Shown here piece after piece: positions 39,201 through 54,200 of a DNA stretch of 64,000 nt (within the stretch, counting starts at the first letter, position 1; each line of letters opens with the position of its first letter). The notes beneath the pieces are model-generated. The model did no database searches, was not told where the DNA came from, and saw only the letters and a list, made by a program, of their open reading frames with translations. The stretch is taken from positions 21,663,144 through 21,727,143 of the forward strand of contig NC_092380.1 in the NCBI RefSeq assembly GCF_030028105.1, read 5' to 3'. The stretch comes from Mobula birostris (Eukaryota). Position numbers and translations under genes: made by a program.

Positions 39201-42200
39201 TATTCAATCCATTTATTCCAGATTTGATAAAATTTTTCTTTTTGAGTTCTCAGGGAGTAAGTCAACTTTTCCATTTTAAATATTTCCAAGATAATTTCGT
39301 ACCAATCTTCTAATGTAGGTGGTATTGGATTTAGCCATTTTCTAGTGATTGATTTCTTACTTGCCGCTAAGAGGGCCTGCAGCAACTTTATATCTTCCTT
39401 CTGTTCAAGAAACAATACATGCCCCAGATAGAGCGTCTCAAAGTTCAGAGGTATCTGGGACCTAAGTACCTTAACTAATGTTCTATGAATACCTTCCCAA
39501 AATAGACTTAATTTAGGGCAATCCCAAAAAATATGAAAATAATTTGCCTCCTTGGAGCCGCACCTTCTCCAACACATCACATTTGTATCTTTATATTTTT
39601 CCTGATATGGGGTCTTGAAGTATCTTATAATGTTTTTCCAACAATGTTCTCTCCAAGTCAAAGAATTAGTCGAGGACCATTGAAAGCTGCAGGTTTTCTC
39701 CCAAGCCTCCTCTGAAAGTACCAACCCCGCTTCTTTCTCCCACTTCTCTTTAATATACAGTGTATTTACATTTTTAGCATGGGAGAGTGCATTATATAAT
39801 CGAGAAACTGATTTACTAGGTATTGAACTGCAAGCCGAATTCAGAATCTTGAAAAATTCTAATTCTACTGTTGATAGGTCTGTATATCTACAACTCTGGT
39901 TAACATAGTTTCGTACTTGAAGGTACCTAAAAAAGTCATTATGTTCTAGGCCATGGTTGTCCTGCAGGATTTGGAAACTTTGTAATACTCTTTTATCTAT
40001 AAATGAGAGGTAGGTTGTAAGACCTTTCTTTATCCATAGCTCAAATCTTTTATCTCCTCTGTTGGGAAGGAATTCGGTATCATATGCACACCATCTAAAG
40101 AGTTTTAACATGTTATTAATTCCACATGAATTAACCACCTTCTGCCATACTTTTAATGTAAGATTTATCCAAGCGTTTTTAAATTTTTCCAACTGGGCCA
40201 TCAATCCTTTGTCAGCTATTGAGGCCTGAAGAGGAAAACTGTCAACTAATCCAAATTCTATTTCCTTCCATCTAGCCTTATATTCCCTATTACACCAATA
40301 TAACAGAGGGGTTATCTGTGAGGCATAAAAATAATTTTTCAGGCAAGGAAGAACCATACCTCCTCCTTCCTTCCCTAACTGTAAGGTGTTATATCGAATT
40401 CTAGGTTTCTTTCCTTGCCAAATGAAGCGGGAAATCCATTTGTCCCATTCCCTGAATTGATTATCATCCACCTCCACCGGTAAAGTACGGAAAAGATACA
40501 ATAACCGAGGAAGAATATTCATTTTTATAGTATTTATCCTTGAATTTAAACTTAAAAAGGGGATAAGATTCCATCTATGCATATCTGCTTTTATTTCTGA
40601 GATTAATGGCCCATAATTTACCTGAGACAGAGTTGAAAGATCCTTCGGCAGGGTTATTCCTAAATATTTTAATAATTTAGCTTCCCACTTAAGATCATAT
40701 GTATCCTGCAATTTTTTGGATGGTGTATAATTTAGGGACATAATCTGCGTTTTCTTTACATTTATTTTATAACCTGATATTTTCCCAAAGTCATCCAACA
40801 GTGTAAACAATCCTATAAATGATTTTTCTGGTTCACTCAGATAGACCAAAACGTCATCTGCGAATAACGCCACTTTCTGTTCAATCCCTGCCACCTTGAT
40901 ACCTTTTACGATTTCGCTCTGTCTTATTAGTTGGGCAAGCGGTTCAATATATAGCGCAAAAAGGAGAGGAAAAATTGGGCATCCCTGTCTAGTGCCTCTC
41001 TCTAAGATGAAGGAGTCAGAGAGGTCCCCATTTATCTTAATTCGGGCTGTAGGGCTGTCATATAGAGTCTGAATTACTTTAATAAACTTTTCTTGAAAGC
41101 CGAATCTTCCTAACACTCTGTATAGGAATGCCCAACTAACTGAATCAAAAGCTTTCTCAGCGTCCAATCCTACTACCATTATCTCTGTCTCGTTCTTATT
41201 AACCTGTTCTAATATTTGCAGAGTTCTCCTCATGTTGTCCTGTGTTTGTCTTTGTTGAATAAATCCAGTCTGGTCTAAATGGATTAGGCCAGGTAAAAGC
41301 TTTTCCAATCTGCGCGCTAATATAGATGTAAATAGCTTGTAATCTAAATTAAGAACACTAATTGGCGGATAATTGCCACATTCTAGTTTATCTTTACCCT
41401 CTTTGGGAATAACTGAAATAATCGCTTCTCTCCAGGAAGGTGGAGTTTCTCCTCTCTGCAAAATCCACTTAAAGGTGTTAAGTAGTAATGGGGCTAACTG
41501 TGTCTTCAGAGACTTGTACCACTCTGAGGTAAACCCATCAGAACCCGGGGACTTTCCAGCCTTTAACCTAGAGATGGCCACGTTCAGTTCTTTGACAGTT
41601 ACTGGTTCTAATAAACTTTCATTTTGTAAATCTGTAAGTTTAGGTAGATCTAAAAAATTCAATACACTGTCTATATAGGGCTCATTGGGGGCCCGGGGTT
41701 GGGAGTACAGCTCTCGATAATATGTTTCAAAACTCTCTTGAATTTTCCCTATTGTACTCTCCACAAGCTTTGTCTTTGGATTCTTTATTTTATGAATTGT
41801 ATTGTCTGCTTGTTGTTTTCGTAATTTATATGCTAATAATCTAGCTGATTTACCTCCTATTTCATAATTCTTTTGCCTCAGGTAAAGAAAATTTCTTTGA
41901 GTTTCCAACGTATAAATATCGTCAATTTCACTTTGCAATTTCCTAATTTCCTGTTTTCGATTTGAATTACTTTTGTTGCTATCTACAACTTGAAGTTGTT
42001 TTAATTTTCCTTGAAGGTCTGCTAATTTTTGTGCATTGATTTTTTTCATGTGAGTGGTAATGGAAATAATTTTCCCTCTCAGTACAGCTTTCAATGTATC
42101 CCATAAGATCACTGGTGATGTTTCTCCCGTGTCATTAAGGTCTAGATATTCTTTGATTTCTCCCCTTAATCTCTCCATTACTTTCGGGTTATTGAGTATA

Positions 42201-45200
42201 TGTGAGTTTAGCCTCCATAGTGTTTTCCTCATTTTCCTTTCCAGGATTAGAGACATAGAGACGGGGCTATGATCCGACAGATCAATTGTTGCAATATTAC
42301 AGTTTTTTATCCTGAGTCTATCTGTATTAAAGATAAAGAAATAGTCTATCCTTGAATAGGCTGAATGAGGGAAAGAGTAATATGTATAATCTTTACTAGT
42401 AGGGTGTAATTCCCTCCAGACATCTATAATTCCCAACTCCTCCATCAATGAATTCACCTTCCGAGTCAGAGGTTTATTCTGAGTAACTATTCTTGAAGAA
42501 TCTAATATAGGATTTAATCTAATATTAAAATCCCCTCCACAAATTACTACCCCTTGAGGACTGACCATTAGGTCAAAAATGTGTCTATAAAATGACCATT
42601 CACAACCTGGAGGAGCATAAACATTCAGCAATGTTATTTCTGTACCTTCTATTCTTCCTGTGATTTTTACGAACCGTCCTTCTTTGTCTCTAGTCTCTGA
42701 AATATGTTCATAATTAAGAGTACTTGATATTAAAGTAGCTACCCCTCTTTTGTGACTCAATTTATATGTTGAATAACATACATGCTTAAAGCCCATTCTT
42801 TTTAATTTTCCATGTTCAGATTGGCTCATATGTGTTTCCTGGAGGAAAGCTATTTGTGCCCTCTCTTTTTTCAATTTAGACATAATCTTATTTCTTTTAA
42901 TTGGATTCAAAACCCCATTAACATTATAGGAAATTATTTTTACCAATTCAGTTTGCATTTTTCTCTAGTATAAAAAAAACACTCTCCTTTTCTAACCAAA
43001 CAGTAAGCAATCCCTTCTTAACAGTAAACCAAGACATATAACCACACCCTCGACATTTTTGAACGTGCAACATTTGAAAATTTTTCCCAACTTCCCACAG
43101 TGAGGCCTGAGCACCGACCCGCCTCAGTTCAGAGGGATAACCTCTATCTTCACCCTGTGTTAGAGGGCACTCAGCAGTTTGAATAATCATAGAGAATTTT
43201 CTCCTATTTATGTCTCGACCATATTGCTATCATTCAAGTTATTCCGTCTAGTTTATTTTCAGTTACCGGTTTTCATTTTACCTTTAAGTCCGATTTATTC
43301 TTTTTAGTCATTTCTCTTAATTAATCTGTGTTCTCTGTACATTCGCGTCTGAATATTTGCAGCTTTTCCTTGTAGTTTGACACTCTGGTTCGAGTGGAGC
43401 GTCCTCGCCCCACTAACTGCCACGACTTCTGCCGAATCCTCTCCAGTAGCGACTCCGGTTGGGTGATAACTTTAATAGGTAGTCCCCGGTCCGCCAGGTC
43501 CAATGTTGCCTCCTCCACCGTAGCGTAAGTTTTTGTCCCTTCGTCGTAAAAGACTCTCAGCCGAGCTGGATACAGGGTCTGGAATCTGATGTTGTTTTCC
43601 TTCAGGACTCTCCGTGTTTCCGTATATTCCTTCCGTCTGGCAAGAATCCTCAGTGCGTAGTCGTGGTCTAAACTGATTTTACAGTTGTTCCACATGAAAC
43701 CTTTCATTTGCCATGCCCTTTTAAGCACCCCTTCCTTCGTTCTGTAACTGAGAAATCTGACCAGAATCGATCTGGGCTGGGCGCCTGCTGGAGGCTGTGG
43801 TGCCAACGCGCGGTGAGCTCTTTCTATCTGTAGGTCTTTTGCGGCCGGTATATCAAGGTTCTCTCTAAGTAGCTTCTCCACGAAGGGAATCATCAATCCA
43901 GGTTTACCTTCAGTTCCTTCGGGAACTCCGTAAATCCTCACATTTTCCCTTCTAGAGCGGCCTTCTTGATCTATTAGTTTCCACTGGAGCTGGTCTTGCA
44001 GCATCAGCATTTCTGCTATCACCTCCTCTGCGTTTTGTAGCTTCTCTTCAATTCCAACAATCCTCGCTTCGGCTTCATCTATCCGCGAGTTAGTTTTTAC
44101 TATTTCTCCTTTAATATCTTCCAGCTGTTTGCTGTTATCTTGTCGGAACTCGCGAATCTCTCCGAGAATCAAGGACAGAGTCACCGATTCCCCCTCATTA
44201 TCTCCGTCCTGGCTTGCCGTGGGGGAGCTAGGCCCGTCGCCTTGCTGCGTCTCTTTATGTTTATCAGCCTTCGGAGCGGACTATTTAATCTTGTTCTTAG
44301 ACATCATCCTTGCCCCTTTTATTAATATAGTTATGCAATATTAAGTATTTGTCTAAATTCGATTATGGGGCAGTTTATCTTCTTTTTTGTCGAGAGACCT
44401 TTTCCTTACGCCGCCATTCCCTTGATGACCCGGAAGTCGCGATCATGCTGCAGTCTTTCATCATTTAAATAATCATCTGATCGTCTACAGACCCAGTGGA
44501 TGATCCTACATTTACCATCTGACAGACCCTTGCCCACTCACTTAACCTATCTATATCTCTCTACAGACTCTCCACATCCCCTGTACAATTTGCTTTTGGC
44601 TATCATTTTAGTCAGTACGTGAAACTATGATGTTGCGGTCATTACAGAGACCTGGTTGGGGCAGGAACAGGAATGGGTGCTTAATGTTCTGGGGTTTCAA
44701 TGCTTCAGAAAGTATAGAGAAGCAGGTAAAAGAAGACGGGTGAAATTGTGCTATTAATCAGGGACCATATCACTCAGAGGGAACACAGTGGAGGGCTCAT
44801 CCACTGAGTCCATAGGGGCGGAACTCAAAAATAAGAAAGGTGCAATCACTCTGACTGGATTGTACTAGAGAAGCCCCAGTACCCTCTGGGACACTGAGGA
44901 ACAGATATACAGGCAGGTTTGGGAAAACAATGTGGTTGCTGAAATGAGTGGCTTCAACTTCCCAAATACAGACTATTTTAGACGGGGCAGAATTTGTTAG
45001 GTGCCTCTAAGAGAGTTTCCTAAACCAGTACGTAAATAGTCCAAGAGGAGCAGCTGTACTGGACCTGGTGTTGGGTAATGAGCCTGGCAAGGTGACTGGC
45101 ATTCCAGTGGAGAAAGGTGATCACAGATCCTTAAGATTTCATATAAACATAGCTAAGCATAAGTATGGACCTTGTGGGAGAAGGGCCATGGGGCCAGTTT

Positions 45201-48200
45201 CTGTGCTTTAGTGTCCTGTGATTCTAGATTATATAACCATATAACAATTACAGTACGGAAACAGGCCATCTCGGCCCTTCTAGTCTGTGCCGAACGCTTA
45301 CTCTCACCTAGTCCCACCGACCTGCACTCAGCCCATAACCCTCCATTCCTTTCCTGTCCATATAGCTATCCAATTTTACTTTAAGTGACAATATCGAACC
45401 TGCCTCAACCACTTCTGCTGGAAGCTCGTCCCACACAGCTACCACTCTCTGAGTAAAGAAGTTCCCCCTCATGTTACCCCTAAACTTTTGCCCCCTCTCA
45501 ACTCATGTCCTTTTGTTTGAATCTCCCCTACTCAATGGAAAAAGCCTATCCACGTCAACTCTATCTATCCCCCTCATGATTTTAAATACGTCTATCAAGT
45601 CCCCCCTCAACCTTCTACGCTCCAAAGAATAAAGACCCAACTTGTTCAACCTTTCTCTGTAACTTAGGTGCTGAAATCCTAGGTAACATTCTAGTAAATC
45701 TTCTCTGTACTCTCTCTATTTTGTTGACATCTTTACTATGGTGACCAGAACTGTACACAATACTCCAAATTTGGCCTTACCAATGCCTTGTGCAATTTTA
45801 CGATTGATGGTGGAGTAGGCACAGCACATCGCGGGGCAGAAGGGTGTACACTGTGCTGTACTGTACTGTTCAGTGTCTCTGCTGCCTCACCACCTGTGCC
45901 ATTCACCTGTGGGTGTGCACTGTGGTCCCTTGTTTCTGATGGCATTATCTCACTGGGTTTGGAGGAATTTCTTCAGCCAGAGGGAGGTGAAATGTGTGCC
46001 TCATTGCCATGGTCATTGGATATATTTACAGTGGAGATTTTATAGGCTTTTGACTAGTAAGGGTGGCAAAGGTTACAGGGAGAAGGCAGGAGAATGGGGT
46101 GAAGAGGCTCTTATGCCTTCTGGTATTATGGGACCGGAGTGCTGGCTCGGACGTGAAGAATGATGCTGCCCCCCCCTCCACAGCTGGATCGGCCAGAGAG
46201 CGGGTGGGTCCCCCAGCACTGTCCCCACTCTCAGTGCACACCCACAGGGAGGGTATGGCCCTGGGGGATACTCACCGTGAAGGTCCCGTGCTCCAGGTCC
46301 ATGATATGGACAGTGTTGTCACCACAGGCCATTAGCAGACTGTTGTCCTGGAGGGAAGAGGGAGAGAGAGAGAGAGTGTGAGGAGGAGGAAGATGTATTA
46401 CTGAGGTCTGTCTCATGGGAGGGAAAGTGCAAGAGGGGTGTCCCAGCAACCATGGTGGACAATGTTCCCTCTAATTTGTAATGACCAGTGTGCACAAAAA
46501 TCTTACGCTGTACAATTTTTTGACCAGTAACAATAACATGTGCACAGTGTATAATTTCTTCAATTAAGAACAGTGTAAGTAAGCCAGTTCTAAAATCTGT
46601 AGGCAAATCATCACAAACTCCACCTTGTCAACACCGTCCACATCAGAAACTGAAAAGGAAATGTGATTGTGTATGATTATGAAATATACTTAACATGCCA
46701 ACGGGGAAGAGGGTGACAACCTTTTTGTGCGCGTTTAAATTCCTTTGTGCACTAGTAGCAAAAGATGGAACATTGCTGGTAGATGAAGGGGAAGCAAGGC
46801 AAAAGAAATGGTGAACATGAGAGTTGGAGAGAACAGAAGAGACTGGTGAGCGAGTGGTTGAGGTGGTAGGGAAGAAGAGACAGAGGGAAGAGCGTGTGAA
46901 GGAGAAACGGGAGAAGAGATGGCAAGGGGGGAAGGAGAGACACAGGGAGAGGGGAGGGGAGATGGAGGGAGGGGGGTGGACCTGGAAATTGGGCAGGACC
47001 CTGCCCTGAGCAATGGTGACACCACACAACTTGTTGAGCTCCTCATCATTGCGGAAGTCGAGCAGCAGGTGGCAGGGATGATCCCCGTCTCCTTGTTGTC
47101 GAGGGCTGTGTTATTAGCCAGCTCTAAAACCTTAGCCATCAGATACTGGGGTGGTTGGGAGTCCTGCCACACCTCCCTCGATGTTTCAAGATAACTTTAT
47201 CCAGTGGTTTTCTTTCACTTTCTCCCACCTCCACACGAACAGCTGTCTATCTAAACCCGGGATTGTGTGATGGGACAACGAGGAGAGAGATTTGTCCTGT
47301 GTCTGACCCCAGGAATATGTGGTGGGACAATGCGGAGGGAGATTTACTCCGTGTCTGACCCCGAGAGTGTGTGATAGGATAGTACGGAAGGAGCTTCACC
47401 CTGTGTCTGACCCTGGGAATGTGTGATGGGGCAATGTGGAGGGAGCTTCACCCTGTGTCTGACCCTGGGAATGTGTGATGGGGCAATGTGGAGGGAGATT
47501 CACCCTGTGTCTGACCCTGGGAATGTGTGATGGGACAGTGCAGAGGGAGCTTCACCCTGTATTTGATCCCGGGAGTACATGGTGGATGGTGCAGAGGAAA
47601 CCTCACAGTGTCTGGCCCCAGGAGTATGTGATAGGACGGTGCAAAGGGAGCCTCACTCTGCATCTGACCACAGGTGTGTGTGACAGGACGGTGCAAAGAG
47701 CATTTCACTCTGCGCATGAACCCCGTGAGTGTGTGATGAAACTGCACAGAGGGAGCTTCACCCTGTGTCATGTTCTATCAGCCTTACCTCTTGGTTGAGA
47801 ATCAAGCTGTTTATCTCTGGGATGTCCAAACGCGTCCTGTGGAGGAACAGAACTGTAAGTCGATGGGGTTGTAAAACAGCCACAACCAGTCTTGGACAGT
47901 TTCCACAGTACATGTGTCTCTTTAAGGCCAGGCATGGGTAATGGAGCACTAAGGGCTGAAGGAGAAGGGAGAGGTGTAGATTTGCCCTCAGAGGTCCACC
48001 TGGACCATGGCACTGCACAGAAAGGAAATGCCTGTCCAACGCAAAATCCCGGGAATCTCCTGCACGTGAGGATAAAGGACAAATCTGCAGTAGCCTCCTG
48101 CAGGATATTAGTCTCAAAAAGGGGAGCACGGATGATGGGGAGGGAACGAAATGGGGTGAGGTCCAATTGGGGATGTAGATATCGGGCATGAACGAGATGG

Positions 48201-48264
48201 CATGGAGTCCCATTGAGAGTGCATCAATTTATATGCCAGTTGTTTTACATACATATATATATAG

Positions 48265-48295
<31 letters not shown>

Positions 48296-51200
48296 GTGTA
48301 CACAGTGGATTCCGGCTAATTGGGACACATTGGGACCAGTACATTTTAAGTGGCTGCTCAAATTAGTCAAAGTTTCACAGAAATAGTTAAAAAGGTATAA
48401 AAAAAAAGACAAACTGAGTCACAAATTATGCATTTAAATGAAGTACAGAACAAATTAGAACACTGAAATAGTACTATAGTACTATAAAACTGTATATTAG
48501 TTCATATAGTTACTGATGGACGAATTAATCCCTTCTATGTAATAAACAAAACCAGCACAGACACCTAGTGCAGATAATGGACTGCCTTCATACAATGCTA
48601 TCGATGACTGGATCCTCCAAATCTTCATTTTCATTGCAACATTCAACATGATTGTTGATACCTTCAAATTCCTTGTCATTCCTAACTTGTCGAAGTAGTA
48701 AAAATGGTTTCATTTTCACTCCCAGCTGTTTCTGGCATCTCCACACCTGAATGCTTGAAACTGCAGGGAGCCAAATGGTTCACAATTGTCTTGCTGCTCA
48801 TTTCTGTGCGCGCGACTCAAGCTAGTTAGAACCCCTTCTGCAACTGTCTCCTGCCCCAATTAAGCAGCATAGTGTCCCAAATAAATGAAGGACACCCAAC
48901 AATTTTCTCAATGAGGATTTTTTAAAAAAAGAATGGTTCCAAATAAGTGGCTGCCCGAATTAACTGATGGCCCAATTAACCAGAATCCACTGTATACAAG
49001 AAATGAGAAAATAAATATTTATTTCTTAATGTCATTTATAGTCATTTTTCCTATTATATATTGCAATGTACTGCTGTCATAGAACAACAAACTTCACAAC
49101 ATAGGCCGGTGATATTAAACCTGATTCTGATTGGGAAAAGGTGGGATCTTATTGGGTGTGCAGATGATGGGAAAAGGGTAGGGTCCCACTGGGAGTGAAT
49201 AGGATGGAATTGGTAATCAGAAGGTGAACACTTACCCAAATGCAGGTCGTCGACACCAAACCTCCTTGCAACTCTGAAATAAATCATTAACTTATTGCAT
49301 TAGACACATTATGAGATCAGATGTCGAATACTCTGCCCTCTCCCCCCACTCCCCGAGATAAGGTGTCAGACACACCATCCTCTCCTCCTCACCCCGCAAG
49401 GTCAGGTGTTGGACACATCATCCTCTCCTACCTCCCCGGGGACCTGGTGTCAGACACACTGTCCTCTCCCTCTGGGACCAAGTGCCAGACACACTGCTTT
49501 CTCCCCCGCCCCTGGGCAACAGGCACACCATCCTTGCCTCTCTGGGTGTCGGACACATCGTCCCCTGCTCCCCAGCTTCAGTATGGGATACCTAATCAGT
49601 GGACTAGGCTGTGACACCACTCCCATCCCCACTCACCTTTTTGATGAGGTCATTCCAGTTCCAGGCCTTGACATCTCCTGTTCCAGAGCTTAGCAGATGG
49701 CGACTGGTGGAGACCAGGCTGTACACAGGGCCTTCATGAGCTGTGGGGGGCACAAGCAGGTCAATGAGAGATCCCTCACACCATCCCAACACATAGTCCC
49801 GAGGTCAGACAGATTGAGGCTCCCTCCACACTCCCAGGGTGGAGCTATTCTGATTCAGCTGGAAGAAATTGAGAAAAATTGCTGGGTGAAGTTTTCCAGA
49901 TACATTGTTGGAGGTGTGGAGGGTCCCCTGAACATTTCAGTAAGTGGCTGTTTTTGTGTGTAGGCTTCCGGGCTTCTGTTGGGAGTTTTTCCACCAGGTT
50001 TGGACTGCATTTGTTGGCAGCTGCTAACTATGTAGCTTCTCGCTATGGCCACTGACAACTTGCCAGGAAGGTGAGGGGCAGCAGAGTGAAAAGCAGCCTC
50101 CCTCCTTCGGGGGATAGTGGGACACAAGGTGGCTCTGCCACCACTCGACACAGGAGTGAAGGAGCATTCTCACTCCTTTTGGGGTTCTTTGGGGAACAGC
50201 AGCTCTGCTCTCACTGGAAGGGTACCAGTGCTGAGGGTTATGAAGCTCACCATAGCTGGTCTCAACCTGAACAGCAGCAGGGGTTCTCTCCGCAGATTTA
50301 ACAATCTCTCAGGGATGGGAGTTCATTGATGATTTTCCTGCACGAAACTCACACCGTTCCAGGAGACGAGTCCACTCGGCTCCTGGAGTGGCAGGGAGGG
50401 GTCTACATGAGCCATCTCAGCTCCATCTCTGGTGGGTGGCAACCTTGTTGGCCCTGACTTCTCAGCCAGAGATCAATAAACTCCAGGATATTGTTCCCAT
50501 ATGCCTGCTCCATCTTGATGTGTGCCTGGATGGCGTACCACTGCTCTTTGTCAACCTGTATGCCCGCAGGTGCGAGGTGTTTTGCAGACGCACCCTGGGG
50601 ACTGCGTCACCCTCGGGAGAGATCTCAACCGTATCCTCGAGGAGAGGGCCACTCTGGTCTCCAGCTAGTGGGCTCCTTTGATTTGGTATACCTGGTGGAA
50701 CCTTCATCCCAACACTCGCACCGTCTTGAGAAGATCCGGCGTGGGGGAGCTTCCTGCATTGACCGCCTCTATACTTCTCAGGCGCCTCCATGCGGACAGT
50801 ACCATGCCTGGACACCACCTCATAGGGATAGAGTCCAGTCCTCTGCATTTGCACATGGGGTTCAGGTACTGGCATTTTAACAACCAGATGTTCTGGGAGA
50901 GACAGGAGGATTTCTGCTCCCTATGGTTTTGGTGAGATGCATGTCCAGTTTCTATGTCAGAAGTACACTAGGGGTTTGACAAGAGGCGGGACTCTGAGAT
51001 CAAACAGCACGAGACAGAGTTGCTCGACTTAAGAGTCCCATCTTGAGCCCACCATCCGGCACCCTCAGCTATGGCAGGAATACCAGGAGAAGGATGCACT
51101 GAACGATCTGCAGCTCCGGCACTTCCAAGGTACTTCTGTGAGGTCACAGGTCCAAATGCTGCAGGATTTGCACCATGACCCACCCTTCTACTTGTTGGAA

Positions 51201-54200
51201 AAATGTCGGGGAGTCTGAGAGCAGGGGGAGGAGTCAGGAGCAACACACACAAAATGCTGGAGGAACTCAGCAGGCCAGGCAGCATCAATGAAGAAGAGTA
51301 CAGTCAACATTTCCAACCGAGACCCTTCGGCAGGACTGGAGAAAAAGTGCTGAGGAGTAGATTTAAAAGGTGGGGGAAAGGAGAGGAGAGTGAAGCACAA
51401 GGTGATAGGTGAAACCTGGAGGGGGAGGGATGAAGAGCTGGGAAGTTGATTGGTGAAAGAGATACAGGGCTGGAGAAGTGGAGAGTCTGATAGAGAGGAC
51501 AGAGGCGATGAAAAGGGAGGAGGAGCACCAGAGGGAGGTGATGGGTGGGCAAGGAGACAAGGCGAGAGAGGGAATGGGGGAAAAGGGGAGCATTGCCAGA
51601 AGTTTGAAAAATTGACACTCATGCCATCAGGCTGCAGCCTCTATCTGCACATCTGGGGGGGGCTATTTCTCGCCTTCTGGCTGCACTTTAGCCCCACCCT
51701 CTTCACCTCTGGTCATCCAGGAGGGAGGAGGATGTCCTAGTTAACCTGCTTCTGGGGCTGGCCAGGATAGTTATCTGTGGGTCCTGGAGATGGGCAGCGG
51801 AGGGTTCTGCCCAGGCTAACTGCCTGGCACTGTTCAGGGAACATGCCTGTGCCTGGGTAGCTGTGGAAAAAGAACACGCAGCATCCACAGGTAACGTAAA
51901 GGTGTTTCAAAAGTGTTGAGTACCACAGGAGATAAATACCATCCCTGATAAACATGGGAATGTGTTAATTTAGTCTGTGTTCATCATGGTTTCTCTGGGT
52001 TTTGTTTGCAATGTGATTGTACAATAGCACTGCAGTGGTATGAATTTGTAATAAATGTATTTTGTGAAAAAAAAGGCCAGACACTGAGTTTTTCTTTCCT
52101 ACCTTGGAATATGAAGATGGGTTTCTGATTTTCTTCTGTTGCTTCTATACTCAGGGCGGCTGAGAGGCTGAAGGAGAAAGAGAGAAGGTGTCACCGCAGG
52201 TCATCCATTAGAGGGAAGGTAGGGACAGCAGCTTGCAAACTGGGGTTAAGGGTCACAGGGCAGTGGGGGTCAGGGGTCATATACAGAGAAGTGGGAACCG
52301 ATTACCCATCAGGGTAAAGTGGGGGGGGAGTCCTAGGCTGGTCAGAGGGTTGTGGGGGATCAAGGGGATCAAGAGATCAGGGTTAAAGTGACAAGCCGAG
52401 GTGAAAGGGCAAAGGTGCGACATGGCTAGGTTGAGGTGGGGCAGCAGGAGGTCAAAGGGGAAGTGTTAGTGGGGAAGGAGCAATGGGACTCTGGTCAAGG
52501 GACAAGGGTCAACAGGGCTATCATCAAGTCTCTGTAGCACTATGGTCAAGAGGCAAGGGTCAGCTTGACTGGGGTCAAAGCAGAAGGGTCGGCAGGGCCA
52601 GGGTCACAGGGAAAGTGTGGCCGTGTGGGACGGGAGGGAAGAATGGCGGGGCCAGCCCAACGCCGGTGCACAGCTACCTGAAGACTCCAATCTGCCCATA
52701 GTTGTTGCCAGCCGCCAGGTACCGACCACAAGGTGAGAAGCTGAGGGAGAAGACGGTCAGATGCAACAGCTCCAGCCGGTGCTGAACCTCCGCCTGCAAC
52801 GAGAGAGAGTCACAGTCATCGATGGGACAGAGCCCGGGGCCAACAGCAGTCAGGCTCAACCGACCCCTGCCAGCCCATCCAAGCCTATCCTGCATCCGGC
52901 CCATAACTCTCTAAACCTTTGCTATCCATCTATCTGTCCAACTGTCTCTTAAATGTTGTGAATGTACCTGCCTCAACCAGTTCCTCTGGCACCTCAACAG
53001 ACCACCCTCTGGGTGAAGAAGTACATAGAACATAGAAATCTACAGCATGTTACAGGCCCTTCGGCCCACAATATTGCACTGACCATGTAACCAACTCTAG
53101 AAACTACCTAGAATTTCCCTACCGCACAGCCCTCTGTTCTTCTAAGCTCCATGTACCTCTTAAAAGTCTCTAATGTATCCGCCTGTACCACCATCGCTGG
53201 CAGTACATTCCACGCACCCACCACTCTCTGTGTGGAAAAACCTACCTCTGACATCTCCTTTGTACCTACTTCCAAACACCTTAAAACTATGCCCCCTTGT
53301 GTTAGCCATTTCAACCCTGGGAAAAAGCCTCTGCCTGTCCACACGATAGCCATCAAGTAGTCTGACAGGTTCATATTAAACCTCTCCCCTTATACCTTAA
53401 ACCTGCGCACTCTAGTTTTAGACCCCCTTACCCTGGGAGACAGAGACGTGACCTTATCTACGTCTCTATCTAAAGAGCAAGTGAGAGATAAAGAGGGAGG
53501 GGAGGGGAGGGAGAGGGAGACAGAGAGATTTTTGAACAGACAACACAGATGCTAAATTCAGAGTCTTGACCTCACAATCTACCTCATTATGGCCTTACAC
53601 CTTATTGCCTGCCTTCTCTCTGAAACTGTAACTCTTTATTCTGCATTCTGTTATTGCTTTTTCCTTGTACGACCTTGATGCACTGATTGTGATGAAATGA
53701 CTTGCATGGATGGCACGTGGGACAAGTCTTTCACTATAGCCCAGTACGTGTGACAATGATAAACCAATTTACCAAACCCATTTGCAATATCTGATCAACA
53801 CACATCAAAGTTGCTGGTGAACGCAGCAGGCCAGGCATCTGTAGGAAGAGGTACAGTTGACGTTTCGGGCCGAGACCCTTCGTCAGGACTAACTGAAAGC
53901 TAGTAGGAGATTTGAAAGTGGGAGGGGGAGGGGGAGATCTGAAATGCCAGAAGACAGGAGGGGCAGGGATGGAGCCAAGAGCTGGACAGTTGATTGGGAA
54001 AAGGGATCATTTTTTTAACACTTAATAACTTTTATGTCTTGCATTGTACTGTTACCACAAAACAACAAATTCCACAACATGTCACTAATAATAAACATGA
54101 TTCTAATGTGCCGATCTTGATGCCAATTCATGCTAAATATCCCTCCCTAGATCATCTCTATCCTTCCATTCCCTTCAGATTGGGGGAGTCTTGGGCGGTG

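Larger units (their letters stand above)
38613..44443 (-). mobile_element. Full-length young L1-clade LINE (~5.83 kb)
   Basis: 16-bp TSD CATGCTGCAGTCTTTC at 38597-38612 and 44444-44459; CpG-containing 5' end, ORF1, ORF2, tandem AATAAA and A-rich tail. Confidence 0.97.

Noticed and set aside
44129-44344. Antisense ORF0-like frame in L1
   Set aside because: Non-ATG start, short, antisense to ORF1, no independent support.
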